A stretch of DNA of 64,000 nucleotides, taken from IMG/VR virus record IMGVR_UViG_3300027708_000034, positions 18,332 through 82,331 of that record; one strand, 5' to 3'. Origin of the DNA: a virus. Taxonomy: Duplodnaviria; Heunggongvirae; Uroviricota; Caudoviricetes. The notes under the pieces were generated by a model that did no database searches, was not told where the DNA came from, and worked only from the letters and a program-made list of their open reading frames with translations. Made by a program: the position numbers and the translations under genes. How positions within the stretch are numbered: the first letter of the stretch is position 1; each line of letters begins with the position of its first letter. Of the stretch, positions 27,370 through 35,018 are shown in pieces.

Positions 27370-28260
27370 TTAGAAGCTATATTCTAAACCAACGCCATAG
27401 CGCGTGGTATCAGAGCTTGCATCTTCCAACAAGTAACGAGCCAATACTTTGGTATTTTTACCTATGTCATAGTTAAGACCCACGTTGTAGGCCTTGGTAG
27501 AACTGACTTCACCGTAGCTGGCCATTGCGGTCAATTTTGGCATCACTGTTTGAGTAACACCAACGCTTCTACCTGTGGTTGCTACACCGCTGACTGTGTC
27601 GTCGGAATATAGACCAAATACAGTTGTACCAGTCTTAGCCAGGGTGTACTTAACGCCATAGGCATTGGTTAGACTTGTTACACCGTTGTCAAAACGAGCA
27701 TATGTAAGTCCAACTGGACCAGCAGCGAAAACTAAACTGGCAGTATAAGAGTTTGGTGTACCAGCGACTTCACTGTTGCTGTATACATAGTTGGCTGTCA
27801 AACCATCTACGAATGTATTGGTAGATAGGAATATGCCATTGCTCAAACGTGTACCTTGATATGCATGGATAGTGCCTGCACTGGATCCAAACAAATCACC
27901 ACCCATGGCATCAAACGAGTCAAGTGCTTTGGTTAGGGAAGTCTTATCACGACCCAATCCCATTGTGCCATACTCATTCTTAAGTCCGATCAAGGCAATG
28001 CGATCGCCAATGGTGCTGGCGGTTGGTGTATCAATACCCACACCTACTTCGATTTGACCAAATGCTGATAGTCCATCACCGAGGTTGTCGCCTGCCTTGA
28101 AACCAAGACGGCTTTTGTCGTTGGTTAAAGAAGTAACAGCGGCTGCTGTGCCAACGGTGGAGGATTCCTCGTAGACACGGCCCATGCCGTAAACGGTGAC
28201 ATCGGCTTGGGCTAATCCCATGAATCCGATTAATGCTGCAAAGATTGCAAGTTTTTTCAT
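27370..28260 (-). CDS. Outer-membrane general porin (Gram-negative porin, Porin_4/OmpC-like beta-barrel)
   Basis: Signal peptide MKKLAIFAALIGFMGLAQA. Alternating amphipathic beta-strands. C-terminal ...YGVGLEYSF with terminal Phe (OMP sorting signal). DVTVYG start typical of neisserial/betaproteobacterial porins. Confidence 0.8.
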   Translation of the reverse strand: MKKLAIFAALIGFMGLAQADVTVYGMGRVYEESSTVGTAAAVTSLTNDKSRLGFKAGDNLGDGLSAFGQIEVGVGIDTPTASTIGDRIALIGLKNEYGTMGLGRDKTSLTKALDSFDAMGGDLFGSSAGTIHAYQGTRLSNGIFLSTNTFVDGLTANYVYSNSEVAGTPNSYTASLVFAAGPVGLTYARFDNGVTSLTNAYGVKYTLAKTGTTVFGLYSDDTVSGVATTGRSVGVTQTVMPKLTAMASYGEVSSTKAYNVGLNYDIGKNTKVLARYLLEDASSDTTRYGVGLEYSF

Positions 28261-28348
28261 TTTTCAATTTCCTTTATTTTATACAGTCTGTGTGACCATA
28301 ATATAGTATATATGCCTGCGAGGATCGCAGTCAACAAAAACAAGCGCC

Positions 28349-28591
28349 TTAAAATTCTTTTAGTCGGGCAATGTCTTTATGTTTGACGATTATTATATGT
28401 TTAATTTCGTCGTTGTATTTAATGGGCAAGTCTAGGTGTATGGTTATTTCAGGACCGGAGTCATTGATTTTACGGTCATTTCCCACTGAACCGACAAAAG
28501 GAATCTCGTTCCAATAGCCAAATACTCTATCTCCTATAGAATACTTGGGCTTGTAGCCTTTTTCGTTAAAATAGTCTGCGAGGCTTGGCAT
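28349..28591 (-). CDS. Small hypothetical protein (start uncertain; the long N-terminal extension of the 145-aa ORF overlaps the GDSL gene and is probably not translated)
   Basis: Conserved-looking C-terminal 80 aa after the internal Met MPSLADYF. Confidence 0.3.
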   Translation of the reverse strand: MPSLADYFNEKGYKPKYSIGDRVFGYWNEIPFVGSVGNDRKINDSGPEITIHLDLPIKYNDEIKHIIIVKHKDIARLKEF

Positions 28592-29021
28592 CTTTGGTTT
28601 GCTCCGCAAGGTCCCTATATCCAGACCAACTGGGATGGATGTTGTCTTTTTGTACACGAGTGAAGGGTAAAACAATGTCACCATTTTCCGCGGCGACTGC
28701 CTTGACGAAACGTTGTATCCATTCAATATCCATACCACCGGCAGGGTTGTTGCCATGTGGCAAGATCCAAAACACATGCTCGGCATTGACTGCCTTACGT
28801 ATCTGTTGTAATTCGAAGATAGTTCTCACATTTTTATGATCATTGGAGCCTAAACTGATGATCACAGTTTTAGCCTCGGGCAATACACCCTGATCACTTT
28901 TTAGATATTGTTTGTTCCATTGCTGACTATTGATACCACCTTTGGCCATGACCGCACACTCAGGTCTAAACTGTTGTGTACCTACTGCTATACTATCACC
29001 TAAAATCAAACATTCAATCAT
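28566..29021 (-). CDS. SGNH/GDSL hydrolase family protein
   Basis: Block I GDSIAVG, block III GSNDH, block V DNIHP (DxxH). Confidence 0.65.
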   Translation of the reverse strand: MIECLILGDSIAVGTQQFRPECAVMAKGGINSQQWNKQYLKSDQGVLPEAKTVIISLGSNDHKNVRTIFELQQIRKAVNAEHVFWILPHGNNPAGGMDIEWIQRFVKAVAAENGDIVLPFTRVQKDNIHPSWSGYRDLAEQTKDAKPRRLF

Positions 29022-29029
29022 TTTTAGTC

Positions 29030-29257
29030 CTATACAATCGTGGTTCTGCGTTTCTTTGAGTTTGGAAAGAATACCAAAGAGAAGACGGGGAAGTCCATTG
29101 GCTCGTCCGGAGTAACTGTCTCGACGTTGATTAGCACAGCACCTTGCGCCATGTGCCTACGTAGTTCACCATTGCTCATGTTGGTACATGGCCTCTCCGC
29201 ACTCATGGGTATGGCTGGGCGTAGGTTGTTAAGGTATTGCATCACGCTCATACTCAT
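29030..29257 (-). CDS. Small hypothetical protein
   Basis: ORF only. Confidence 0.3.
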   Translation of the reverse strand: MSMSVMQYLNNLRPAIPMSAERPCTNMSNGELRRHMAQGAVLINVETVTPDEPMDFPVFSLVFFPNSKKRRTTIV

Positions 29258-29417
29258 TTTTTAAACCCCCGATAAAATGTTAAACACAATGCACTCCACC
29301 ACAATCGTAAAAGATAAACTGTTCCTGCTTTTCCATAATAGTGACGAGACACTCCGAACCCTGGCGAGATCCCGGTTCGCTTGTGGAAAGTGATTTGCAT
29401 TTTCATTCGTTTTTGTT

Positions 29418-29642
29418 TCATTTCTCAATCTTCACATTTTTTCGAAAGTCGCAGGCTCTACAATGTGTTCCACTAAAGTATTCACCTTGTTTATTATGCC
29501 AAATGAATAGTTTAGTTGTCATCCAATGATCGCCAATCTTACATTGTTTGCGACGGTCGTCCCAGGTCATGTGATCCGCAAACACCAACCAACCCCATCC
29601 TGCCAGGGCCGCGATAAACAATACAGCACTAAAGTAGATCAT
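29418..29642 (-). CDS. Small membrane protein
   Basis: Hydrophobic segment YFSAVLFIAALAGWGWLVF. Coupled to the next gene by an ATGA overlap. Confidence 0.4.
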   Translation of the reverse strand: MIYFSAVLFIAALAGWGWLVFADHMTWDDRRKQCKIGDHWMTTKLFIWHNKQGEYFSGTHCRACDFRKNVKIEK

Positions 29643-30046
29643 AATATTTCTTCTTCCAAATATCGTTTCAATTCTTTGTCCAAGGGCTGTACTGTGTAAT
29701 TCTGTTTGAAAAATATTTCATAACTGTCACTGCCGTACTTGCCAATCCCATACAACACTGTAGCATCATCGCCGTCCCAAGTCAACCAGTCACGACTCAT
29801 GCCCACCAACCTCTTGTAGCGCACATTGGTCATGCCCAGGGGTTTGATAATGCTTTTGACAAATTCCTCATCGGCGGAGATCAATGCCTCGGGTGTGGGA
29901 AACCAATATAGGAATTCAGGCAAGGTGGTCTTGACTGGTTTGCGTCCGGTTTGGTTCAGCATGATCACGCCCACCATATGTTCCCAACTGTTCTGTATCT
30001 GTTGCTGTACCATTAGGTCATCGCGTAGGGGTTCGAAAAATTTCAT
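29639..30046 (-). CDS. Short HhH-GPD-like protein (possible DNA glycosylase)
   Basis: VGVIMLNQTGRKPVKTT...FPTPEAL...VLYGIGKYGSDSYEIF...QPLD: helix-hairpin-helix Gly-rich turn followed by a P-x-D about 18 aa later. Confidence 0.4.
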   Translation of the reverse strand: MKFFEPLRDDLMVQQQIQNSWEHMVGVIMLNQTGRKPVKTTLPEFLYWFPTPEALISADEEFVKSIIKPLGMTNVRYKRLVGMSRDWLTWDGDDATVLYGIGKYGSDSYEIFFKQNYTVQPLDKELKRYLEEEIL

Positions 30047-30321
30047 TTATAGCATTCCCAGGTGTTGGCATCATAGTTCCAGTGCCGTGTGTCGTAGAAT
30101 TCTAGTTCAATTTCATAACCAAATACTCCAAACATCAATCTAGCACCTGCATGGTCGCCTCGTAGTGTCCAGTGGAAATCTACATTAATGATATGACCAG
30201 TGCGGTATCCGTTAAACTCCCAGGCCTTGTTCTGGGAGATGAATCCCGACTTGTTCCACAGGATATCCCAGATCTTGGCGGACCTCCATGGCATGGCCAT
30301 GCTAAAGTTTAGATTGATCAC
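30043..30321 (-). CDS. Hypothetical protein (GTG start)
   Basis: ORF. Its start codon overlaps the stop of the downstream small paralog. Confidence 0.4.
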   Translation of the reverse strand: MINLNFSMAMPWRSAKIWDILWNKSGFISQNKAWEFNGYRTGHIINVDFHWTLRGDHAGARLMFGVFGYEIELEFYDTRHWNYDANTWECYK

Positions 30322-30479
30322 GATTCAACTCCGAAATGTTCTTTAATCCTACGGTTAATCTCCGTTAATACCTCTTCGGTAACATCTTTGACCTTGCCTG
30401 TTAGAACACAATGTTCGTGTTCCCAAGTGCAGATTGTTTTACTTTTTCCATCTTGCTCAACCACAACCGATAGTTTCAT
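30318..30479 (-). CDS. 53-aa protein with the C-terminal IKEHFGVES motif (short member of the FGVE family, not in the ORF track)
   Basis: Translates as MKLSVVVEQDGKSKTICTWEHEHCVLTGKVKDVTEEVLTEINRRIKEHFGVES. Shares the 17-nt 3' DNA repeat ttcaactccgaaatgtt with two paralogs. Confidence 0.4.
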   Translation of the reverse strand: MKLSVVVEQDGKSKTICTWEHEHCVLTGKVKDVTEEVLTEINRRIKEHFGVES

Positions 30480-30736
30480 TCTTCAACTCCGAAATGTTTT
30501 ATTACACGGACGATGTCTTTTTGTAAAAGATTAGCACCATTCAAATCTCCCTTGTCTAGTAGTTGCTTACGATCTTTTCCAAGAGTAAGTTCTAAACATT
30601 CCCTAACAATCAACTCGGCGAACTTTGGCAAAAAGATTTCGTTATAGAGACGTCTGTTTCTACGACTTTCATCTTCATATTCTGCCTTGATTTCTTCTTC
30701 AGCCTGTGACCAAAGTTCTTTAATTCGTTCGTTCAT
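30476..30736 (-). CDS. Small protein, MNERIKEL.../KFAELIV/FGVEE family member
   Basis: MNERIKELWSQAEEE...KFAELIVRECLE...HFGVEE. Confidence 0.55.
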   Translation of the reverse strand: MNERIKELWSQAEEEIKAEYEDESRRNRRLYNEIFLPKFAELIVRECLELTLGKDRKQLLDKGDLNGANLLQKDIVRVIKHFGVEE

Positions 30737-30996
30737 TCTTCAACTCCGAAAATGTTCTTAATCGTTTCACCGGCATCAAACATACCATCTTCCCAACCCA
30801 CTTGATAATCAGTGCTTTTGTCCCGACGCAATTCCTGTGTATCAAGAACCGTATATCGCAATTCTTCGAGACATTCCTTGACAATCAACTCGGCGAACTT
30901 TTCTCGGTCAAACACTTCAAAGGTAAGTGGATTGTAAGGTGTAGGGCCTTGAATAGAGGTAGCCTGCTCAGCAAGTTGTTTAATTCGTTCGTTCAT
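30733..30996 (-). CDS. Small protein, MNERIKQLAEQA/KFAELIV/FGVEE family member
   Basis: MNERIKQLAEQATS...KFAELIVKECLEE...IFGVEE. ATGA overlap with the previous member. Confidence 0.55.
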   Translation of the reverse strand: MNERIKQLAEQATSIQGPTPYNPLTFEVFDREKFAELIVKECLEELRYTVLDTQELRRDKSTDYQVGWEDGMFDAGETIKNIFGVEE

Positions 30997-31245
30997 TTAC
31001 ATTCCTTCACATTTAACGCCGCCGCCATTATCACCAATCACCTGCTGTGGAAATCCACGTTGACCGATAATGAATTTATAACCATCTATACAGCGTGATT
31101 CAGTCAAGCCATTAATGCCCATGCTAACATTGCTGGAACCGTTTTGAGATACAGCAAAAAAGCCAAAGACCGCTATAACAATAATAAAACCTATTGCTAT
31201 AACCATCATCAATTCAATTAAAGTAAATCCGTGATTAGTTTTCAT
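30997..31245 (-). CDS. Type IV pilin/pseudopilin-like protein (prepilin-type N-terminal cleavage/methylation domain), 82 aa
   Basis: MKTNHGFTLIELMMVIAIGFIIVIAVFGF: G^FTLIE with Glu at +5 and a hydrophobic alpha1 helix. Short C-terminal domain with one Cys pair. Confidence 0.6.
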   Translation of the reverse strand: MKTNHGFTLIELMMVIAIGFIIVIAVFGFFAVSQNGSSNVSMGINGLTESRCIDGYKFIIGQRGFPQQVIGDNGGGVKCEGM

Positions 31246-31481
31246 TCTTTAACTCCAAATTGGCGTGCGATTCTATATGCCACAATGCCTACCGCATTTG
31301 ATTCTTTAACAAGTTTGGCATTTACCAGTTGATCATCCCAATTTTTAGCAATATTCAAACAGTCTCGCACAATCAACTCGGCAAACTTACTTGCTGTAAA
31401 ATCGGAATAATCAATCCCCTCGGCACCAAAGCGAGCACCAGCCTTGTGTAGAAGGCTATCTATTAGTTGTTGATTCATCAT
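31242..31481 (-). CDS. Small protein, KFAELIV/FGVKE family member
   Basis: ...SKFAELIVRDCLNIA...RQFGVKE. First gene after the promoter at 31512-31540. Confidence 0.5.
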   Translation of the reverse strand: MMNQQLIDSLLHKAGARFGAEGIDYSDFTASKFAELIVRDCLNIAKNWDDQLVNAKLVKESNAVGIVAYRIARQFGVKE

Positions 31482-31511
31482 TCAACTCCAAAATCGCTTA
31501 GTTAAAACAAT

Positions 31512-31546
31512 ATTATACACAAAAAGAAGGGGCCTGTCAAGGCCCC
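31512..31546 (-). promoter_or_regulatory. Compact terminator-promoter module: the hairpin ggggcc-TTGACA-ggcccc terminates the SPFH gene, and its loop supplies the -35 of a TTGACA-N17-TATAAT promoter for the paralog/pilin cassette
   Basis: Minus-strand hairpin followed by TTCTTTTT. -35 in the loop (RC of 31535-31540). -10 TATAAT (RC of 31512-31517). Confidence 0.55.
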
Positions 31547-31564
31547 TGTGTTGTTTATCGACGA

Positions 31565-32422
31565 TTACTTACCAATGTTCATCAGGGTCTTTGTATCGCC
31601 GCCCAACATTGTGCTAGGCAATGCACCGTTCCACTTTTCAATCCACTGCAACTTGACATAGTTCTCACCACCGTTGCTTTGGATAGCAGCGGCTTGGATC
31701 GCGATGGCCTTGGCTTCACCATCTGCTTGTGCGATACGACTTGCAGCCTCAACTTTGATACGCTCCAGGTCTTGTTGAGCCTTGGCAGTTTGTTGCACAG
31801 AGATCACCTTGGCTTCGATGGCCTTTTGATATTCAGGACTGAATCCAAAATTCACCAAACTAATATTGCTCACCGTGATGTTGAACGGAGCCATCTTTTC
31901 CACCAAGTGCTGTAGAATTTCTGCACTGACCAAATCACGTTTGGTAACCAATTCTTCACTGGTGTAGTGACCAGTCACACTCTTGAACGCTTCGTTGATG
32001 CCAGGGCCAAGAACCTTTTCATCCACATTGAGACCGAACTCTTTATAGATATGTGGTACTTTGAGTGGATCTAGACGATAGTTAACCACGATGTCAGTAT
32101 GCACAACCTGCAGGTCTTTGGTACCTGCATTGGCACCTTTTAGTTCCGCCTTCTGTAGACGAACATCCACATCCTTGATTGAACTGATTGGATTCACAAA
32201 GTGAACACCTTCAGTCAAGGGCAAGGGATTGACTTCACCAAGTGTAACCTGTACACCAGTGTGTCCTGCACTGATCACAGTAAATGCTGAAACTCCAATT
32301 GATATGAGAATAATTGCTAGACCTGTAAGTACGCCCAACGCAATCTTTTTGAATTCTGACATAAAAATAATAGCACCTGCTACTAGCAAACCTACGATGA
32401 CACCCACAAGAATTGTGAACAT
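31565..32422 (-). CDS. SPFH/band-7 (prohibitin/HflC-like) membrane protein
   Basis: N-terminal TM helix. SPFH core (QVVHTDIVVNYRLDPLKVPHIYKEFG...) and a C-terminal coiled-coil alanine-rich region. Confidence 0.8.
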   Translation of the reverse strand: MFTILVGVIVGLLVAGAIIFMSEFKKIALGVLTGLAIILISIGVSAFTVISAGHTGVQVTLGEVNPLPLTEGVHFVNPISSIKDVDVRLQKAELKGANAGTKDLQVVHTDIVVNYRLDPLKVPHIYKEFGLNVDEKVLGPGINEAFKSVTGHYTSEELVTKRDLVSAEILQHLVEKMAPFNITVSNISLVNFGFSPEYQKAIEAKVISVQQTAKAQQDLERIKVEAASRIAQADGEAKAIAIQAAAIQSNGGENYVKLQWIEKWNGALPSTMLGGDTKTLMNIGK

Positions 32423-32445
32423 GATATTCCTTTGTTAAAAATTAA

Positions 32446-32479
32446 ATTATACACAAAAAGAAAGGGCCCGTCAAGGCCC
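32446..32479 (-). promoter_or_regulatory. Second compact terminator-promoter module (hairpin gggcc-TTGACG-ggccc, T-run, -10 TATAAT), near-identical in architecture to 31512-31546. Promoter for the SPFH gene.
   Basis: -35 in the loop (RC of 32469-32474), 17-nt spacer, -10 (RC of 32446-32451). Hairpin followed by TTTCTTTTT on the minus strand. Confidence 0.55.
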
Positions 32480-32574
32480 TTTGGTTGTTTTGATAATAAG
32501 GTAAGTCCTACCTCACCAAAGCCTAAGCGGCGATGGAATATAACTCGTCGTTTGCAGTTATGAAATTTGCTTGA

Positions 32575-32802
32575 TTAACGGTCATCGCCTACCGTGTTGC
32601 CGTCGCCACTATCTAGCCCAATCGATCCTGTGTCAGGCCCAACATAAAGAAACTTTGGAATAGGATTATTAAATCCTTTAAATCCTGTAAAACGATATCC
32701 TAGATTAGGAATATCCCAAAGTAAAGGTGCCCAACACACTCTTTTTACTGTGTCATCTTTGTCTACTACAACAAAATACTGTTTTACTTTTTCCAATTTC
32801 AT
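32575..32802 (-). CDS. Small hypothetical protein (ATG at 32802; the track shows a TTG start one codon upstream)
   Basis: ORF. Preceded by a GC-rich structured leader. Confidence 0.4.
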   Translation of the reverse strand: MKLEKVKQYFVVVDKDDTVKRVCWAPLLWDIPNLGYRFTGFKGFNNPIPKFLYVGPDTGSIGLDSGDGNTVGDDR

Positions 32803-32894
32803 CAAATTTCCTTATGGTGGACCTGCCGGGCACTGCCCCCGGGTCTTGGCCTCCTTCGTTTTGAAGGGATTACAACAATAACTCTTACTTATCT

Positions 32895-33131
32895 TCAATG
32901 TCTCACAGCAAACATACTGCTGATCATCGCTCTTACCAAAACTAAGTCACTTTCACATGTGACCACTATGGGTTCATCCAAATCTTCGTCATCTTCCCAT
33001 GCCTCTTTTGGAAACTGTAAAAAATCGAAAATAGTTCTAAAGGTCACAGTCCTACCTTGTGTGTAGGCCAATTCTATCACATCCACTATAGAATTTACTA
33101 TTTGTTGAGTTTTAAAATCCAAAGGAGTCAT
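32895..33131 (-). CDS. Small acidic hypothetical protein
   Basis: ORF only. Confidence 0.4.
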   Translation of the reverse strand: MTPLDFKTQQIVNSIVDVIELAYTQGRTVTFRTIFDFLQFPKEAWEDDEDLDEPIVVTCESDLVLVRAMISSMFAVRH

Positions 33132-33268
33132 GATATCTTCTAATAAATTTGACGGACTCCCCAGGGCGTGTATAGAGCCTCCGCCTAGCCAAGTAGCTTC
33201 GCACTACCCCAAGCCGCTATGCAACTTTATCCCTGCAAGATGCAATATTTATAAGTAATTCTCCATTC

Positions 33269-33685
33269 TCAAAAATTATCAGTGTGCATCACAGGTGACT
33301 CCTTCAAGATCAACATAACTTCCTCTTTGGTAGTGTAGATTAGATGATGTTGTTCTAATATTGCTCTACGCTCGTGATCTGCCAAGGCCAGCCAGTCTTT
33401 GACCTCGTCATAACTGCCCCAGGCTTGATTGGGCATGTGTGCAGTTATCCATCCTGTCAGTTTTTTAAGAGCAGGAATGGTGTTACTAGGGTGGCTGGAC
33501 CTCACGGCATCCATGAAGTTATTAGCCAGCACCGCAGTAAAGAAACTGCCTGGCTCAAATCCATTAATCAAATATTCATACATAGGGCCCATGTAGTCCA
33601 ATTCGTCCACGCCCCATTCAGTGAAAGTCTCCCGCAGTCGTTGTTTACTATGATCAGACAGTTTCATTTTTACCCTACTTATCAC
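33269..33685 (-). CDS. Hypothetical protein (138 aa)
   Basis: ORF. 11-nt overlap with the next gene. Confidence 0.45.
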   Translation of the reverse strand: MISRVKMKLSDHSKQRLRETFTEWGVDELDYMGPMYEYLINGFEPGSFFTAVLANNFMDAVRSSHPSNTIPALKKLTGWITAHMPNQAWGSYDEVKDWLALADHERRAILEQHHLIYTTKEEVMLILKESPVMHTDNF

Positions 33686-34007
33686 TATTTTTAATAATTT
33701 CCATCAATTCTTTATTACGCAGGTCTTGTTCTTTTCGAGCTCGCTTGGCATTGAGATTTTTATCAATGGTGAAAAGATCGTAATCCCGTGCCCACATGAT
33801 CCCTTGCATGAAATGATCAGCACCCTCAAGTGAGCCAGCAAATAGCTGAGCATCACGGGTGTAGATGGGCAGCGAGTCCTGATCCTTGGGCACCAGTGCC
33901 ACATTTTCGCCAAAATTATCATAATGGTAAGGAGCCAATTTCATACCTAATCGATCAGCTCGCAGTTCCAGTTCTCGGATCTGTTTGATTACGTTCCAGC
34001 CTGCCAT
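33675..34007 (-). CDS. Hypothetical protein (110 aa)
   Basis: ORF only. Confidence 0.45.
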   Translation of the reverse strand: MAGWNVIKQIRELELRADRLGMKLAPYHYDNFGENVALVPKDQDSLPIYTRDAQLFAGSLEGADHFMQGIMWARDYDLFTIDKNLNAKRARKEQDLRNKELMEIIKNSDK

Positions 34008-34008
34008 G

Positions 34009-34182
34009 TTAGTAAGTCTCTTTTACGATGTCGAACAGTTCCGGCGGCCACTTGGCTTTGAACTCCTCAGTTTTGACATAGTCATTGTAGTCCTTGGCAT
34101 TGAAAAACACCTTGTGGAAGGCAGTTATAAATGTGCCTTTGGGGTTGATTGTGAGATACACTGATTTTGCTTTGCCTGCCAT
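34009..34182 (-). CDS. Small protein (57 aa, MAGKAKSVYLTINPKG...), not in the ORF track
   Basis: Continuous minus-strand frame with an ATG at 34182 and TAA at 34009, filling the gap between neighbouring genes. Confidence 0.3.
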   Translation of the reverse strand: MAGKAKSVYLTINPKGTFITAFHKVFFNAKDYNDYVKTEEFKAKWPPELFDIVKETY

Positions 34183-34190
34183 GATAGTTC

Positions 34191-34331
34191 CTAAGTTAAA
34201 ACATTGTTGATAAAATCTAAAGCCATTTGCACCAATTCTGTAGTGATATTAAGTTTAGCAGCGATGTCTGACACTGTGAAATGCCTATCAGCTAATTCAC
34301 GTACTGCTAAAATAATATCTCTGCGGATCAT
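34191..34331 (-). CDS. Small protein (46 aa) with a helix-turn-helix-like segment (FTVSDIAAKLNITTELVQMAL), not in the ORF track
   Basis: ATGA overlap with the upstream gene stop at 34328-34330. HTH-like hydrophobic pattern. Confidence 0.3.
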   Translation of the reverse strand: MIRRDIILAVRELADRHFTVSDIAAKLNITTELVQMALDFINNVLT

Positions 34332-34564
34332 ACTACATGACCGAGAACAGTATAGATCAGTTGATCCAGTTCTGTTTGGTAATCTTGATTGCCCACTCTG
34401 CGTTTCAGCCAGATTGCTTCTAGCAATTCTTTAGAATCAAATTGACCGCTACTGGAACTGCATCCAGTCCATTCTCCTCGATCCTCTAACTCTTCGATAA
34501 GATCCTCGGTGTCGAACTCTGACAAGTCAACTTCAACATCTGTAGTAATTGTTCTATATGTCAT
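34328..34564 (-). CDS. Small acidic hypothetical protein
   Basis: ORF. Asp/Glu-rich. Confidence 0.4.
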   Translation of the reverse strand: MTYRTITTDVEVDLSEFDTEDLIEELEDRGEWTGCSSSSGQFDSKELLEAIWLKRRVGNQDYQTELDQLIYTVLGHVV

Positions 34565-35018
34565 GTTTTTCTTCCTTGGTTAGTTTACACATTAAAATAA
34601 AGTGATCGTATGCTTTCTTCACTGCTGGATTAGAGTATAACACATTTGCTTCCTTTTGTAAAGCCCTTAGGCCTGCTTGAACGATATCGTGTGTGCTGAC
34701 TCCATTCAATTGGTATAGTTCCTCACCAAACTCTTTGGCCAGTTTTCGCCATGCTCGGCGTTGTCCAGATGTAATTGGTGTCTTGCTTGGCTTCAGTTGA
34801 CTAGCATTATACATGGCCGTACTCATGGCTTCTTCAGCCACCCGCCCGGCAGCAATCATTCCAGCATAGTCCGGATCGATGTTGTACCTACGACTCCGTC
34901 CACCTGGATAGCACATGATGATGTGAGTACCTTTTGGAAAACTATCCAAGTAATCACTATCGTATTCGGCTACAGGAACATACCGTCCTCCGACCTTTTC
35001 ATAATACGTCTTCTTCAT
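34554..35018 (-). CDS. Hypothetical protein (154 aa)
   Basis: ORF only. Confidence 0.45.
   Translation of the reverse strand: MKKTYYEKVGGRYVPVAEYDSDYLDSFPKGTHIIMCYPGGRSRRYNIDPDYAGMIAAGRVAEEAMSTAMYNASQLKPSKTPITSGQRRAWRKLAKEFGEELYQLNGVSTHDIVQAGLRALQKEANVLYSNPAVKKAYDHFILMCKLTKEEKHDI

Noticed and set aside
28349-28786. Long form (145 aa) of the ORF downstream of the GDSL hydrolase
   Set aside because: The first 65 codons overlap the GDSL gene in another frame. Only the C-terminal about 80 aa after the internal Met are likely to be real.
29258-29417. A 160-nt non-coding gap containing cccggttcgc, checked as a possible tRNA
   Set aside because: No acceptor-stem complementarity and no GTTCRANYC T-loop with a proper 5-bp stem could be drawn by eye on either strand. 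T4-like phages often carry tRNAs, so a tRNAscan-SE run is still warranted, but no tRNA is supported here.
34204-34434. Plus-strand 76-aa ORF
   Set aside because: It overlaps two tightly coupled minus-strand small genes (34191-34331 and 34328-34564) with ATGA junctions. It has no SD and is judged spurious.
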